A stretch of 64,000 nt of DNA from an uncultured delta proteobacterium (GTDB lineage: Bacteria > Myxococcota > Myxococcia > Myxococcales > Anaeromyxobacteraceae). The stretch is taken from NCBI GenBank assembly GCA_963845515.1, contig CAWJSR010000055.1, positions 32,001 through 96,000 of the forward strand. The letters run 5' to 3'. The notes beneath the pieces are model-generated. The model was given only the letters and a program-made list of their open reading frames with translations, was not told the origin of the DNA and did no database searches. Of this stretch, positions 19,145 to 29,300 are shown piece after piece (the stretch's first letter is position 1; every line of letters starts with the position of its first letter). The translations under genes and the position numbers were made by a program.

Positions 19145-20576
19145 CTCTCTCCCCTTCCCCACGGAGGAAGCCGCTCCCCTCGAGGTACCGGCACAGATCA
19201 CCGACGACCTCGGACTGATCCCCTCTACCCCCCGCGTCCGAGGCGGCCGCGACGAACAGCCTCTGCCCAGCCGAATCGACCGCCAGCGCGATCTCGCGCC
19301 GATAGAGCCAGAGGCGGGTGACCAGCCCGGCGATCCCCGAGAGGAACCCCGCCCACAGGAGGCCACCGCCGCGCTCGCGGGTCACCTGGAACTCCCCGGC
19401 GAGCCTCACCTCTGGCACACGCAGGAGGAAGGTCTTTCCGGGATCCGAGAGCGCTCCCCCTGGACCGACCAGCCCGGACACGGGCGGCTGCCCCGCCCGG
19501 CGAGCCGTCACCTCCAGCCCGTTCGGCATCGCGGCAGCGATCCCCTCCTGCGTCGCAGACCGCGCCAGTCCGACGCCACGCTCCTCGCTCCGTGCCCGCC
19601 GGGCCAGGCGCACCTCGACCTCGAGGCCGCACCCGTCGAGCCGGGCTCGATTGGCGCCGTCCGGCGTCCGGCGGAGCTTCACGAACGCCCCGTCGACCGC
19701 CCCGTCCGACGTCTCGCAGACGAACAGTGGGGCCGGCCTGGCGTCCATGATCAGGATGGAGACCGCTCCGCGGACGATCGGCTCGTTGATGGAGACACGC
19801 GTGGGGAGCGGCTCGCCCCCGACCATGACGTCGGCGGAGAGGCCGAGCGGGTTGTCCCCCGAACGCGCGGCGTGCACCGCCAGCACGCGAAAGGTGACCT
19901 CCGGGTATCGCGGCCCGATGCGGGGCAGGACGGGCGGCGAGGGATACGGGCCCTTCGCGTCGAACTCCTCCCCCTCCGCCACGAGGGCGAGCCCTGAGAA
20001 GCTGGTCAGGTCGAGCACGATCCCGGCCGCGAGGAGCAGCGCGAGCGAGCCGTGGAAGAGCAGGAACCCCAGCGGGGCAAGGCGGAAGCGGACGCCGCGA
20101 GCCGTGAGGGGCGCGGCGCTCCAGACGGCGTAGCCCCGCGCCTCGAGGAAGCCCACCGCGGCCCCGTGCGCGTCCGGCCCCTTCACGTCCAGGGTGACCG
20201 TCCCGGAGCGCCGGGCGAGGATCTCCGGGACCGTGGAGATCCCCTCGTCGAGCCGTGTCCTGCGGACGAGCCTGGGGATCCGATCGGCGAGCACCGCCGT
20301 GAGCGAGAGCAGGAACAGGACGAGGATCGACACCATCACCGGCGAGCGGAGCACGTCGGTCGCGCCCAGCGCCTCGAGCACCGCGACCGTGCGTGGCCGG
20401 GTCGTCCTCCAAGCCTCGTAGAGGGTCGGCTCGAAGGTCGCGCGCTGGGGAACCAGCAGCGACGCCAGGTAGAGCACGCCGAGCGAGGTCAGGATGAAGA
20501 TGATGGTGGCCCTGCCCCTCAGGGCCTCGGCCAGGTGCCGGACCCACCTGCCGAGGGCGGTCAGAGCGCGAGCCAA
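19131..20576 (-). CDS. resB: Cytochrome c biogenesis protein ResB/CcsB
   Basis: LASLLVPQ, LGATDVLRSP, LGFLLFHGSLALLLAAG, F.G..LVAEGE, C-terminal TM. Overlaps resC. Start (TTG 20576) is approximate. Confidence 0.82.
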   Translation of the reverse strand: MARALTALGRWVRHLAEALRGRATIIFILTSLGVLYLASLLVPQRATFEPTLYEAWRTTRPRTVAVLEALGATDVLRSPVMVSILVLFLLSLTAVLADRIPRLVRRTRLDEGISTVPEILARRSGTVTLDVKGPDAHGAAVGFLEARGYAVWSAAPLTARGVRFRLAPLGFLLFHGSLALLLAAGIVLDLTSFSGLALVAEGEEFDAKGPYPSPPVLPRIGPRYPEVTFRVLAVHAARSGDNPLGLSADVMVGGEPLPTRVSINEPIVRGAVSILIMDARPAPLFVCETSDGAVDGAFVKLRRTPDGANRARLDGCGLEVEVRLARRARSEERGVGLARSATQEGIAAAMPNGLEVTARRAGQPPVSGLVGPGGALSDPGKTFLLRVPEVRLAGEFQVTRERGGGLLWAGFLSGIAGLVTRLWLYRREIALAVDSAGQRLFVAAASDAGGRGDQSEVVGDLCRYLEGSGFLRGEGERDVTP

Positions 20577-22180
20577 GACCTGCCCCGGACCAGGTTCCGC
20601 GCCATCGCGAACTCGAGCCACGGATCGTCGTCGCGATTCAGCCGAGGCGGTGGCCCGCCGGCGAGGACCTCCCTGACGCCGCGCGCGTCGAGCACCTGCT
20701 CGATCGGTGCGGCGGTGCTCCAGAGCGGCTCGTCCAGCGCCGAGAGCCGTGCGAGCAGCCCGGAGTCGTCGAACGGCTTGCCGGAGCCGATGAGCACGAG
20801 ATCGTCGTTGGACTTCACCCGCCAGACCGAAAGCTCGGGGAAGGACCTGGCCGCCGTCGCGAGGAGCGCGCGGCGCTCCTCGTCGTCCAGCAGGTACCCC
20901 GGGACCCAGGCGACCAGGAGCCCCGCTGGCCGGAGCCGCTGCCTGGCGAGCCCGAAGAACTCGCTCGTGAAGAGGCTCCCGGAGGTGGCGTCCACCGGGA
21001 AGGACGGGCCCGAGACGATGGCGTCGTAGGGGCCGGACCGCTCCGAGAGCAGACGGCGACCGTCCCCCCGGACCAGGTAACGCTGCAGGTCGGAGCGGAA
21101 ATACAGGTTCACCGCCTCGATCACGTCGGGGTTGATCTCGGCGCACTCCACCGACGCGGTCCGGTAGAGATCCAGCAGCAGGACGAGGGTCCGGCCGGTC
21201 CCCAACCCGATCGCGAAGATGTCCTCCTGATCGCCGCGGATCGCGCCCGGCAGCAGGGCCAGGAGATGCTGCGTCGTCCGCTCGGTGCTCCGGCTGGCCC
21301 CCTCGATCCTCCCGTCGACCACGAGCACGCGCATCCCCGCCTCGTCCTCGAGGACCTGGACCCGGCCGTGCGGCGACCAGCGATCGAAGATCGCGGTCAT
21401 CGCTCCGAGGCGCGGCCCGAGGTTGGCGTCCTCCAGCGCCCTCCCGGCGAGGTGGTAGCCGACCGGCGTGCGCGGGGGCTGGAGCAGGAACGCCACGCCG
21501 GCGGCGAGGAGCAGCACTGCGGCGACCCCTCGCGCGGAGAGGCGCTGCCCGGCGGCCACCAGCACGAGCACACCGGCGACGACGTTGGCGGACGACGCCG
21601 CCAGCAGCGTCCCCCAGATCCCGGCGGCCGGCAGGAGCGCGAAGCCAGCCAGCGCGCTCCCGGCGATCGATCCCATGAGGTTCGCCGCGTAGGCGCCCCC
21701 GACCGCGTGCGCGACGCGCTCCGGCTCCGTGGAGGCCACGAGCTTCGCGACCAGCGGAAACGTGATCCCCATCAGCACCGTCGGCGCCAGCACCGCTGGC
21801 AGGCAGAGCACGACGTCCAGCGCGAAGTAGGCCACCGGCTGGAGCTGGAAGCGCTGGAACGTCCAGAGGTGCACGGCCGGAAGGGCCCGCATCCCCACGA
21901 CCGAGAGCACGGCGGTGACCGCGACCCCGAGCTCGCACAGGGCGACGGTCCGGGCCGCGTTCTTGAGCCGATCGCCGATCCGCGCCCCGATCCATCCCCC
22001 CAGCGCCAGCCCGGCCATGAGCGCGGTGAGCATGCCCGAGACGGCGTAGACGGAGGAGCCGAGGACGAGCTGGAGATAACGGGTCCAGACGACCTCGTCG
22101 GCGAGCGTCGCGGCCCCGGAGAACCCGTAGGCTATGAAGATCAACCTCTCTCGCGTGAGACTGCGACCGGGCTGGCTCAT
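20561..22180 (-). CDS. Membrane-fused spermidine-synthase-like SAM-binding protein
   Basis: N-terminal TM domain FSGAATLADEVVWTRYL..VLGSSVY, PTVLMGITFPL, YAANLMGS. C-terminal IGLGTG, EINPDV, GDGR, YDAIVS.PS, LFTSEFF, NRDDDPWLEF. Confidence 0.85.
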   Translation of the reverse strand: MSQPGRSLTRERLIFIAYGFSGAATLADEVVWTRYLQLVLGSSVYAVSGMLTALMAGLALGGWIGARIGDRLKNAARTVALCELGVAVTAVLSVVGMRALPAVHLWTFQRFQLQPVAYFALDVVLCLPAVLAPTVLMGITFPLVAKLVASTEPERVAHAVGGAYAANLMGSIAGSALAGFALLPAAGIWGTLLAASSANVVAGVLVLVAAGQRLSARGVAAVLLLAAGVAFLLQPPRTPVGYHLAGRALEDANLGPRLGAMTAIFDRWSPHGRVQVLEDEAGMRVLVVDGRIEGASRSTERTTQHLLALLPGAIRGDQEDIFAIGLGTGRTLVLLLDLYRTASVECAEINPDVIEAVNLYFRSDLQRYLVRGDGRRLLSERSGPYDAIVSGPSFPVDATSGSLFTSEFFGLARQRLRPAGLLVAWVPGYLLDDEERRALLATAARSFPELSVWRVKSNDDLVLIGSGKPFDDSGLLARLSALDEPLWSTAAPIEQVLDARGVREVLAGGPPPRLNRDDDPWLEFAMARNLVRGRSWLAL

Positions 22181-23343
22181 CCGGGCCACCGCTCGGCGAT
22201 CGCCGCGCCCGCGCTCGCCGGCCAGACCGTCAGCGACCCTCCCCCGTCCTCGCGGTACCAGTAGGGCCTCGGCCGGAAGAACGCCCCGAGGACCAGCGCT
22301 AGCACGGCCGCGGCCATCGACCAGAGAGTCATGGCGCGGAAGGTGCGGTGGGCGACTCCCATTCGCAGGTAGGGGCGCAGCTCCCATGCGATCACGGCGT
22401 ACCCGTCCTGCCCCTCGACGACCCGTCGCGGCGCGAGCTCAGCCTCGAGGACGACCTTCCCATCGACAACGAGCCTCGCGTGCGGCTTCCCTTCGACGCC
22501 TTCGGCCCAGGGCCAGTCGGCCACCCGGACCTCCAGCGCGGAGCCATCGGCTCCGACCGTCGCCGGAACGTCCCCGCACGCGACCCCGGGGAGGAGCGGC
22601 ACCGGCCCGTCGAAGAGCCTGCCCATCTCCTGCTGCAGGACCGTGAGATGGATCCCCGGGCCGAAGCCCATGACGAAGAGGTCCATCCCCGCCACCGCCA
22701 CCCGCTCGTGCGCCGAGGCAGCCCGCTCGACGAGCGCGGTCCCGCGCGAGTCGACGACCTTGAGATCGAACAGCCGGTCGGGCGTCCCGGGCCGAACCTC
22801 GTTCACGGCCACGCCGAACTTCAGGTCGCCGGGATCAGCGAACACGCCGAGATCGAGCGACTCGAACGTCGCCCGCCGGTCGAGATCGATCGCCGACATG
22901 GCGTACTGGAGCCACGTCCCTTCGATGTGAAGCCCGACGTTGAGCAACCCGGAGAGCAGGGCGCAGGTGACTGCCCCCCAGCTCACGGCCGGGACCCACG
23001 CGCGCCAGCGCTCCACATACCCGGCGCCCTCGCCGTCCGCCCTCCGAAGCGCGCGCTGGAGCACCACCTCGGACGGCCCCTTCGCGAGCTGAACCCCCTC
23101 TCCAGCAGGTCTTCGACCCGGCGCCGGACCGCGAAGCGCGTTCGCCATCCAGCGCGCCGAGCTCCAGGCGGCGCCGAGGAAGGCCACCGTCGCGGTGGCC
23201 GCGAGGATCTCAGGGAGGATTGGGAGGCCGCCCGCGATCCGCAACGCCAAGCAGGAGCGCGAACAAGGCCGTGGCGGCCCAGCCGAGCCACCCCGGCCGA
23301 GCGGTCGCGAGATCACGGAACGACATCGTGCGCACGATACCAC
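22177..23343 (-). CDS. Divergent ResB-like membrane protein (true start uncertain, probably about 23230)
   Basis: TM, TM, periplasmic beta-rich domain, C-terminal TM + RPRPYW, matching the ResB C-terminal layout. Stop overlaps the next ATG. Confidence 0.5.
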   Translation of the reverse strand: MVSCARCRSVISRPLGRGGSAGPPRPCSRSCLALRIAGGLPILPEILAATATVAFLGAAWSSARWMANALRGPAPGRRPAGEGVQLAKGPSEVVLQRALRRADGEGAGYVERWRAWVPAVSWGAVTCALLSGLLNVGLHIEGTWLQYAMSAIDLDRRATFESLDLGVFADPGDLKFGVAVNEVRPGTPDRLFDLKVVDSRGTALVERAASAHERVAVAGMDLFVMGFGPGIHLTVLQQEMGRLFDGPVPLLPGVACGDVPATVGADGSALEVRVADWPWAEGVEGKPHARLVVDGKVVLEAELAPRRVVEGQDGYAVIAWELRPYLRMGVAHRTFRAMTLWSMAAAVLALVLGAFFRPRPYWYREDGGGSLTVWPASAGAAIAERWPG

Positions 23344-23380
23344 GGCCGGCCCCGATGCTCCGGGGCCGGCCCATGGAGCT

Positions 23381-26300
23381 CTAGTAGTTCAGCGGACGTG
23401 ATGCCGCGCCATCGGTCGTCGGGAACGTGTTGGTCGTGCCGCGTCCGTGCTGCCCACACGAGCCGAGCGAGACGGCCGGGTCGGGCGCGTTGCCGATCGT
23501 GTAGCACTTGTACGTACGCGCGACGCCGGTGCGCGGTCGCCCACCTCGCCTTGTCCTGCCCCGGCTGGCCGGTGTCGGCCGCAGTGTTCGTGTCGATCGG
23601 GTTGTACTCGCTCTGCGACGATCCGTTCATGAACCGCCACGCCTTGCGCGTGGTCGCGAGGTTGGCGAACGGAATGGCCTCACCCGAGCCGTGGATGCCG
23701 CCGTAGGTCGTGCCGCCGTGGCAGTGGATGCACCCGAGCCCGAACAGGGTGCCCTTCGACGCGTTCCTCGTCCCCGAGTCGTACGGCGGGCCGAAGACCT
23801 CGGTCAGATCGCCGGCGTTCTCCGGACCGTGAACGCCGCCTGCGCCCTTGTTGACGTACTTCGTCTTCGGGTGGCACCGGTAGCACACGGCGTTGCCGAG
23901 GCCGAACGACCCCAGCGCGTCGTTGGTGTCCGAGGTGGCGCAGCCGTTCGCGGCCGCGCCATCGCAGGCCCGCAGCAGGTACTCCGCGTTGACCCCGCCG
24001 TGAGCATTCAAGGTGGAGCGGTGGCAGTCGGAGCAGTACATCTTCGACGTGTCGTCGCAGACCGCGTCCGCGCAGGCCGCCTGCGTCGTGAAGGTGTGCG
24101 TGTTCTTGATCGAGTAGGCCGGCGCCGCCGTCGTGTACCGGCTCTGATTGAAGAAGACCAGCGCGTGGTACGAGAACTTCGTCCACGTGGCCGTGTCACC
24201 CGCGCCGCCCGCGGCGCTCGGGTACGAGCCCAACGGATCGAACTGCGACTTGACGTTCACGACCGTCCCGCGCGTCGCCCCGCCCAGCGAGGCGGTCGCG
24301 CCGCGCAGGTTCGAGTCGCTCGCGCTCTTCACCAGCGATCCCTGGCCGAAGGGCCTCACCGTCCCGGCAGTACGAACCGCCCGAGGGCGTCGCGGCGTGC
24401 CACGCCGTGTCGGCCGGGTTCATGTTGTACGTGTAGAGGGCGCCGTTCACGTCGTGGCAGGAGAGGCAGAACTTGTCCAGGTTCGCCTTCTCCGTCGCGT
24501 CGATGCCGCCCACCACGCGATCGATGTAGTAGATCGTCCCGGCCGGATCCACGCCGGCGCCGTTCCAGTTGGCCGCCGAGTCGGCGTCCAGCAACTTCAC
24601 CGAGCTGATCCCAGCCTGGTTGTGGAGCGCGGTGGTCGTCACCTTCGTCCCGTCCGCGGACATCTTCCCCTCGGCGTGGCAGACGATGCAGTCCCACGCC
24701 TCCACCGACTCCGTGGTCGGCGTGGCCCCGACCACGTGGTGGCTGCGCCCCTTGAAGTCGCCGCCCACACCCGAGGCCGCCGTCACCTGCCGCCGCCTCG
24801 GCGTCGTCGTCGGCTGCCCCTTGTTGTGGCAACCCACGCAGTCGCCGCCCGTGGCATCCGCGCGACCCCGTTGAGGTGGAGCGCCTTGTTCACCGTCGTG
24901 TTCGTGTAGCCGACGTGGCAATCGACGCACGTGCTGCCGTAGTGGCCGCTCGCCGTCGAGGAGTCGAAGTGGCAAGTCCCGCAGGCCGCCTGCGACGCCC
25001 CTCCGGTCCAGCTCGGAACCTTGTTCGTCCCGCCGCTGCTCCCCGCGCCGTGGCAGTACGTGCTCGTGCACGTCGTCCCGGTCCAGCCGGGCGACAGCCC
25101 GCCCGTCTTGGTGAGCGTGTCGAACGCCACCTGCTTCGTCCCCTCGTGCGACGACCCGAGGTGGCACTCGTTGCAGGAGATCGCGCTGGCCCGCAGGTTG
25201 ATCTGGTTCACGTGCGCGATGTGCGCCCCGACCGCGCGCGTCGTCGTCGCCGTCTCGCCCGCCATGCCCACCGGCGGTGAGGACTCCAGGTTCGCGTCCG
25301 CTCCCGCCACCGGCGTACGGGCAGGCCCCGTGTTGCCGTGGCAGCTCTTGCACGACAGCGTCTCGCCCCACGCCGGGGTCGCGACGCCATGGCAGCTGAC
25401 GTTGCTGCACCTCTTCGTCGCCGTGTCGTAGTTCGAGGTGCCACCGTTCGTGTCGTACGTCGCCAGGATCGCCACGTCGATGAAGCCGTCCGTGTGCTTC
25501 GACCCGAGCACCTGCGTCGCGGTGCCGTCCACCATGTTCGCGTGACAGTAGGTGCAGCTCGCCGCCACCGTCAGCACGTGCTTCTGGTGGCTGTTCGAGT
25601 TCACCAGGTTCGCGCCTCCGTTCGCGTAGTTCGGCTCACCAAACTGCGACGTGAACGCCCCGCCGCTCACCGCGCCGTGGCACCCCTTGCAGTCCAGCGT
25701 CGCGACCTGGCCCCACACCACCGGCTTGTAGTCGTACGCCGTCGCGGATCCCGTCGTCAGCGGCCGGCCCGACGAGTGACAGTAGTTCGACGTGCAGTTG
25801 GGCGAGGCGTACGCCTGGCTCGTCTTCGCGTTCCGCGTCGCGAAGCCGACGTCCCTCGACCCGTTCACGTGCAGCGTAGCGTTCGAGACAGTCGTGTTCG
25901 CGCTCACCACGGTGTTGTGGCAGTCGACGCACCCGTAGTTGGCGCCGAGCACCGCCGCGTTGTTCACGTGCTCGTCGTGCGACGCCGTCGCGATCGCGGC
26001 CACGGCCGTGGCACTGCGTGCACGTCCCTGCCGCGTACGCCGCGTCCGTCCACTTGGGCTGGGTGTAGGTCGGAGAGGCCGTCCCGCTCGAGTGGCAGTA
26101 GACGGTCGAGCAGGTGTTCGTCCCGCCGGCGTAGGAGCCCAGCGCGTTCGGCGCGTTGAACCCGACGTCCTGCTTGTCGCCGTCCACGTGCTGCGACTCG
26201 ATCACCGTCGAGTCGGTGTTGATCGACGGCGTGTGACACCGCAGGCAGATGTACGCGTAGCTCGGGCTCGAATTGATGTGCTTCGCGTGCGTCGCCGACA

Positions 26301-29300
26301 TCGCCGTCGCCGCGTCCTTGCCGCCGTGGCACGCCGTGCACGCCAGCGCGGACTGCGCAGCCCACGTCGGCGCCGGCGTCTGGTACGCGATCGGCCGCGC
26401 GAGCGGCAGATCCACCGGATCCCCGTTCGAGTGGCAGTAGGTCGCGCACGTTCCAGTCGGTCGTCTTGTAGACGAGCCCGGTCGTCAGCGTGGTGTCGTT
26501 CTGGCCGTCGCCCGAGCGTGTACGGCGTCGCGCCGCTCGTCCAGTCGAAGCGCGACGTTCACCGCGAACGGGGTCGTCGCCGTCCCGCCCACGCTGTCGT
26601 TGTAGTGGTTCGCCGCCACCGTCGAGTGGCACTTCCCGCAGTTGTACCCGTACTGGGTCGTCGTCGAGGCCGGCGTGGTCGACGCCGTAAGCCGCCGCCG
26701 CCTCCGCTGCGCCCACGTGGAGTGCGTGCTCACCGCTCGTCGTGCGGGTTCACGTAGTGGCAGTCGTTGCACCCCGTCAGCTCCTTGAAGGCGGTGGTGG
26801 TGGTGGCCGCGTTGTGAGGGTGGCACTTCGTGCACTGCGCCCCCTGCATGTGCGTGCTGGTGGTGCCGGCCAGGTAGTACTTAATCTTCGCCGTGTCGGT
26901 GTGACACACCTGGCACACGCCGTTCAGCCCGTCCGTCGTGTTGTTGTCGACGTAGTCCGCGGGTCGAAGACGTCGTCCGCCAGGTTCAAGTTCGGAGTTG
27001 AACAGCACCACGTCTGGTCGTGAACTCGGTGGCGTCGGGGAGGCCCCACCCGTTCGCGTCGATGATGTCGTGGGAGCGTGATCGGCTGCTCGTGGATCAT
27101 GTACGCGAGCACCTGATGCTCGGAGTCGGTGTTGAAGTCGCCGTGCGGATCGTGGCAGTCCCAGCAGAACTCGCCGCCGGAGTGGTTCGCCCCGTGGTCG
27201 GCCGCGTAGTGCGTCGCGGTCACGCGCGCGGTGGTGCGTCGCCTTCTTCAGCAGGAGGGGACCCGTCGAGTCCGGGTCGAACCCGCTCGCCGGCGTCAGC
27301 CCCGGCACGCCGTCAGCCGCGTGGCAGACGAGGCAGTTACCGTTCTTCCCCCACGTGACGTCCACGCTGGTGTTGACGAGCCGGAACGGGTTGGTGGCGT
27401 CGGCGTGCGGCGCCTTCTGGCCGCCCGAGTACCGCGGCATCTTCGGCGTGTGGCAGTAGAAGCAGCCCTCGTTGGCCATCTGGCCGTCGTAAGTCATCCC
27501 CGGGACCCCGGTGTTGCCCGACATGCCGGTGGCCGTGAACCCGGTCGTCCGTCCGTGCCCGTAGGTGCTGTACTCCGTCGGCGTGATGACCGACTTCTGG
27601 CTGCCCGACGAGGAAGATGTAGTCGTCCGTCGTCGGCTGTGCGCGACGTGACAGTCGCGTGCAAGGCCCCTCGACGATGGTCCCACCCCAGGTCGACGGC
27701 GCCGCAGGCGGCGTGTGGCACGACACGTTGGTGCAGATCGGCGGCTGTGTCGCCCCGCTCCGCGGCATGTAGCTGATGCTCGACGTAGGTCGGGGAGAAG
27801 GCGATGTCCGCCACCTGGTTGAGGTGCTCCCGTTGTTCAGGATCGTGGTGCCGGTCGCGTCCACCGTGTCGTAGTGGCAGTCGACGCACGCCGCCTGGCT
27901 ACCCACGTGCGGGTTGTGGCTGTTCGCGGTGATCGAGGTCGAGCCACCGTTGACGTAGTTCGGTTCGCTCGCCTTCACAGTCCAGCCATAGCCGGTGTCG
28001 GCCGGCTGGTAGCTGCCGTGGCAGCTCGCACACCCGGTCAGCGGGGTCGTCCAGGGCTTCGGGAAGTACTTCGGCACCGTCGCCCCGACGTACTTCGAGC
28101 CCGCCGAGTGGCAGTAGGTCGTGCACCCGCCAGCCCCGCCCGAGACGTAGCTCAGCCCGGCGTCGACGTCCGCCGCCGCGTTCACGTGCTTGGCGATCGT
28201 CGTGATGGTCGGGGTCCCGTCCGTCGTCCCCGCGTGGCACGTCTGGCAGCCGAAGGTCGTCGCGTAGACCGACGCCTGGTTGGTGTGGGCGCCGTGCGCG
28301 TTGTTCACCATCGTCGTCGCGTAGCCGTGGCAGGACGCGCAGGTCGAGGTTCCGTTCCAGGCGGTGGACGGCCCGGACACATACCCGTCGGCGCCGTTCC
28401 GATCCGCGCCGTTCGAGTGGCAGTAGGTGTTGGAGCAGGTGTAGGCGACGCCGTTGTAGCCGCCGCCCGAGTTGTTGGGGCCGGTCGCGTCGAACCCGAC
28501 GTCGCGCGACCCGTCCACGTGCTGGCCGCCGCCGGCGACGATCGCGTTGCTGGCGCTCGTCACGGTGTTCACGTGGCAGCGGACGCAGGTGTAGGCGTAG
28601 GTCGAGACGTGCTTCTCGTGCTTGGCGGAGAGCCCCGTGCCGCTGAAGACGGCGGTCTCGTGGCAGCTCGTGCACGTCATGTTCGCGGCGGTCGCCCACG
28701 TGATCAGGTTCTTCGTCGCCAGCGTCCCGCCCAGCGGCTTCCCGTTCGAGTGGCAGTAGTTGCTGCTGCAGTTCGGGCTCGCCCACTGGGGAGCCACCAC
28801 CGGCGAGATCGCGCCCGTCCCCGTCGCCAGGTTGCTCCACCCCATCGCCACGCTGTTGTTCGCGTGCGCGCGGTCGTTCGCCACCGGCTTCGTGTGGCAG
28901 TTGTTGCAGTCGAGCGGCGCGACCATGTTCGTCGCCCCCTCGTCACGCACGTGCGCGTCGTGCGCACCCACCTGCACCACGGTGGCCGACGAGTTCCCCG
29001 CCGCGTCCACGCCCGTCCCGTTGTACCCGGGCGCCGCCGCGAAGTTCGTCGGACCCTGCGCCGTCCCAAGCGCCGCCAGCACGCCGTGGCATGCAGTGCA
29101 GCCGTTGTTCGGCTTGTCCGTGCCGCCGACGGTACCGCCGTTCACGTGGTAGGTCTTCGCCGTCCCGGACAGCCCACCCGTCGAGTATCCCGTCCCGTGG
29201 CAGTTCGCGCAGGCCGTGTTGGACGGGTGGACCACCGCTGGCGAGCCCGACGTCGCGGGAGAGGCCCCGTGGCACTGCGTGCAGGCAGCGGCCGCGTTGA

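Noticed and set aside
19131..21995. 954-aa ORF as a single protein
   Set aside because: The N-terminal half is an off-frame overlap with the spermidine-synthase-like gene. Only about 20576-19131 is ResB-like.
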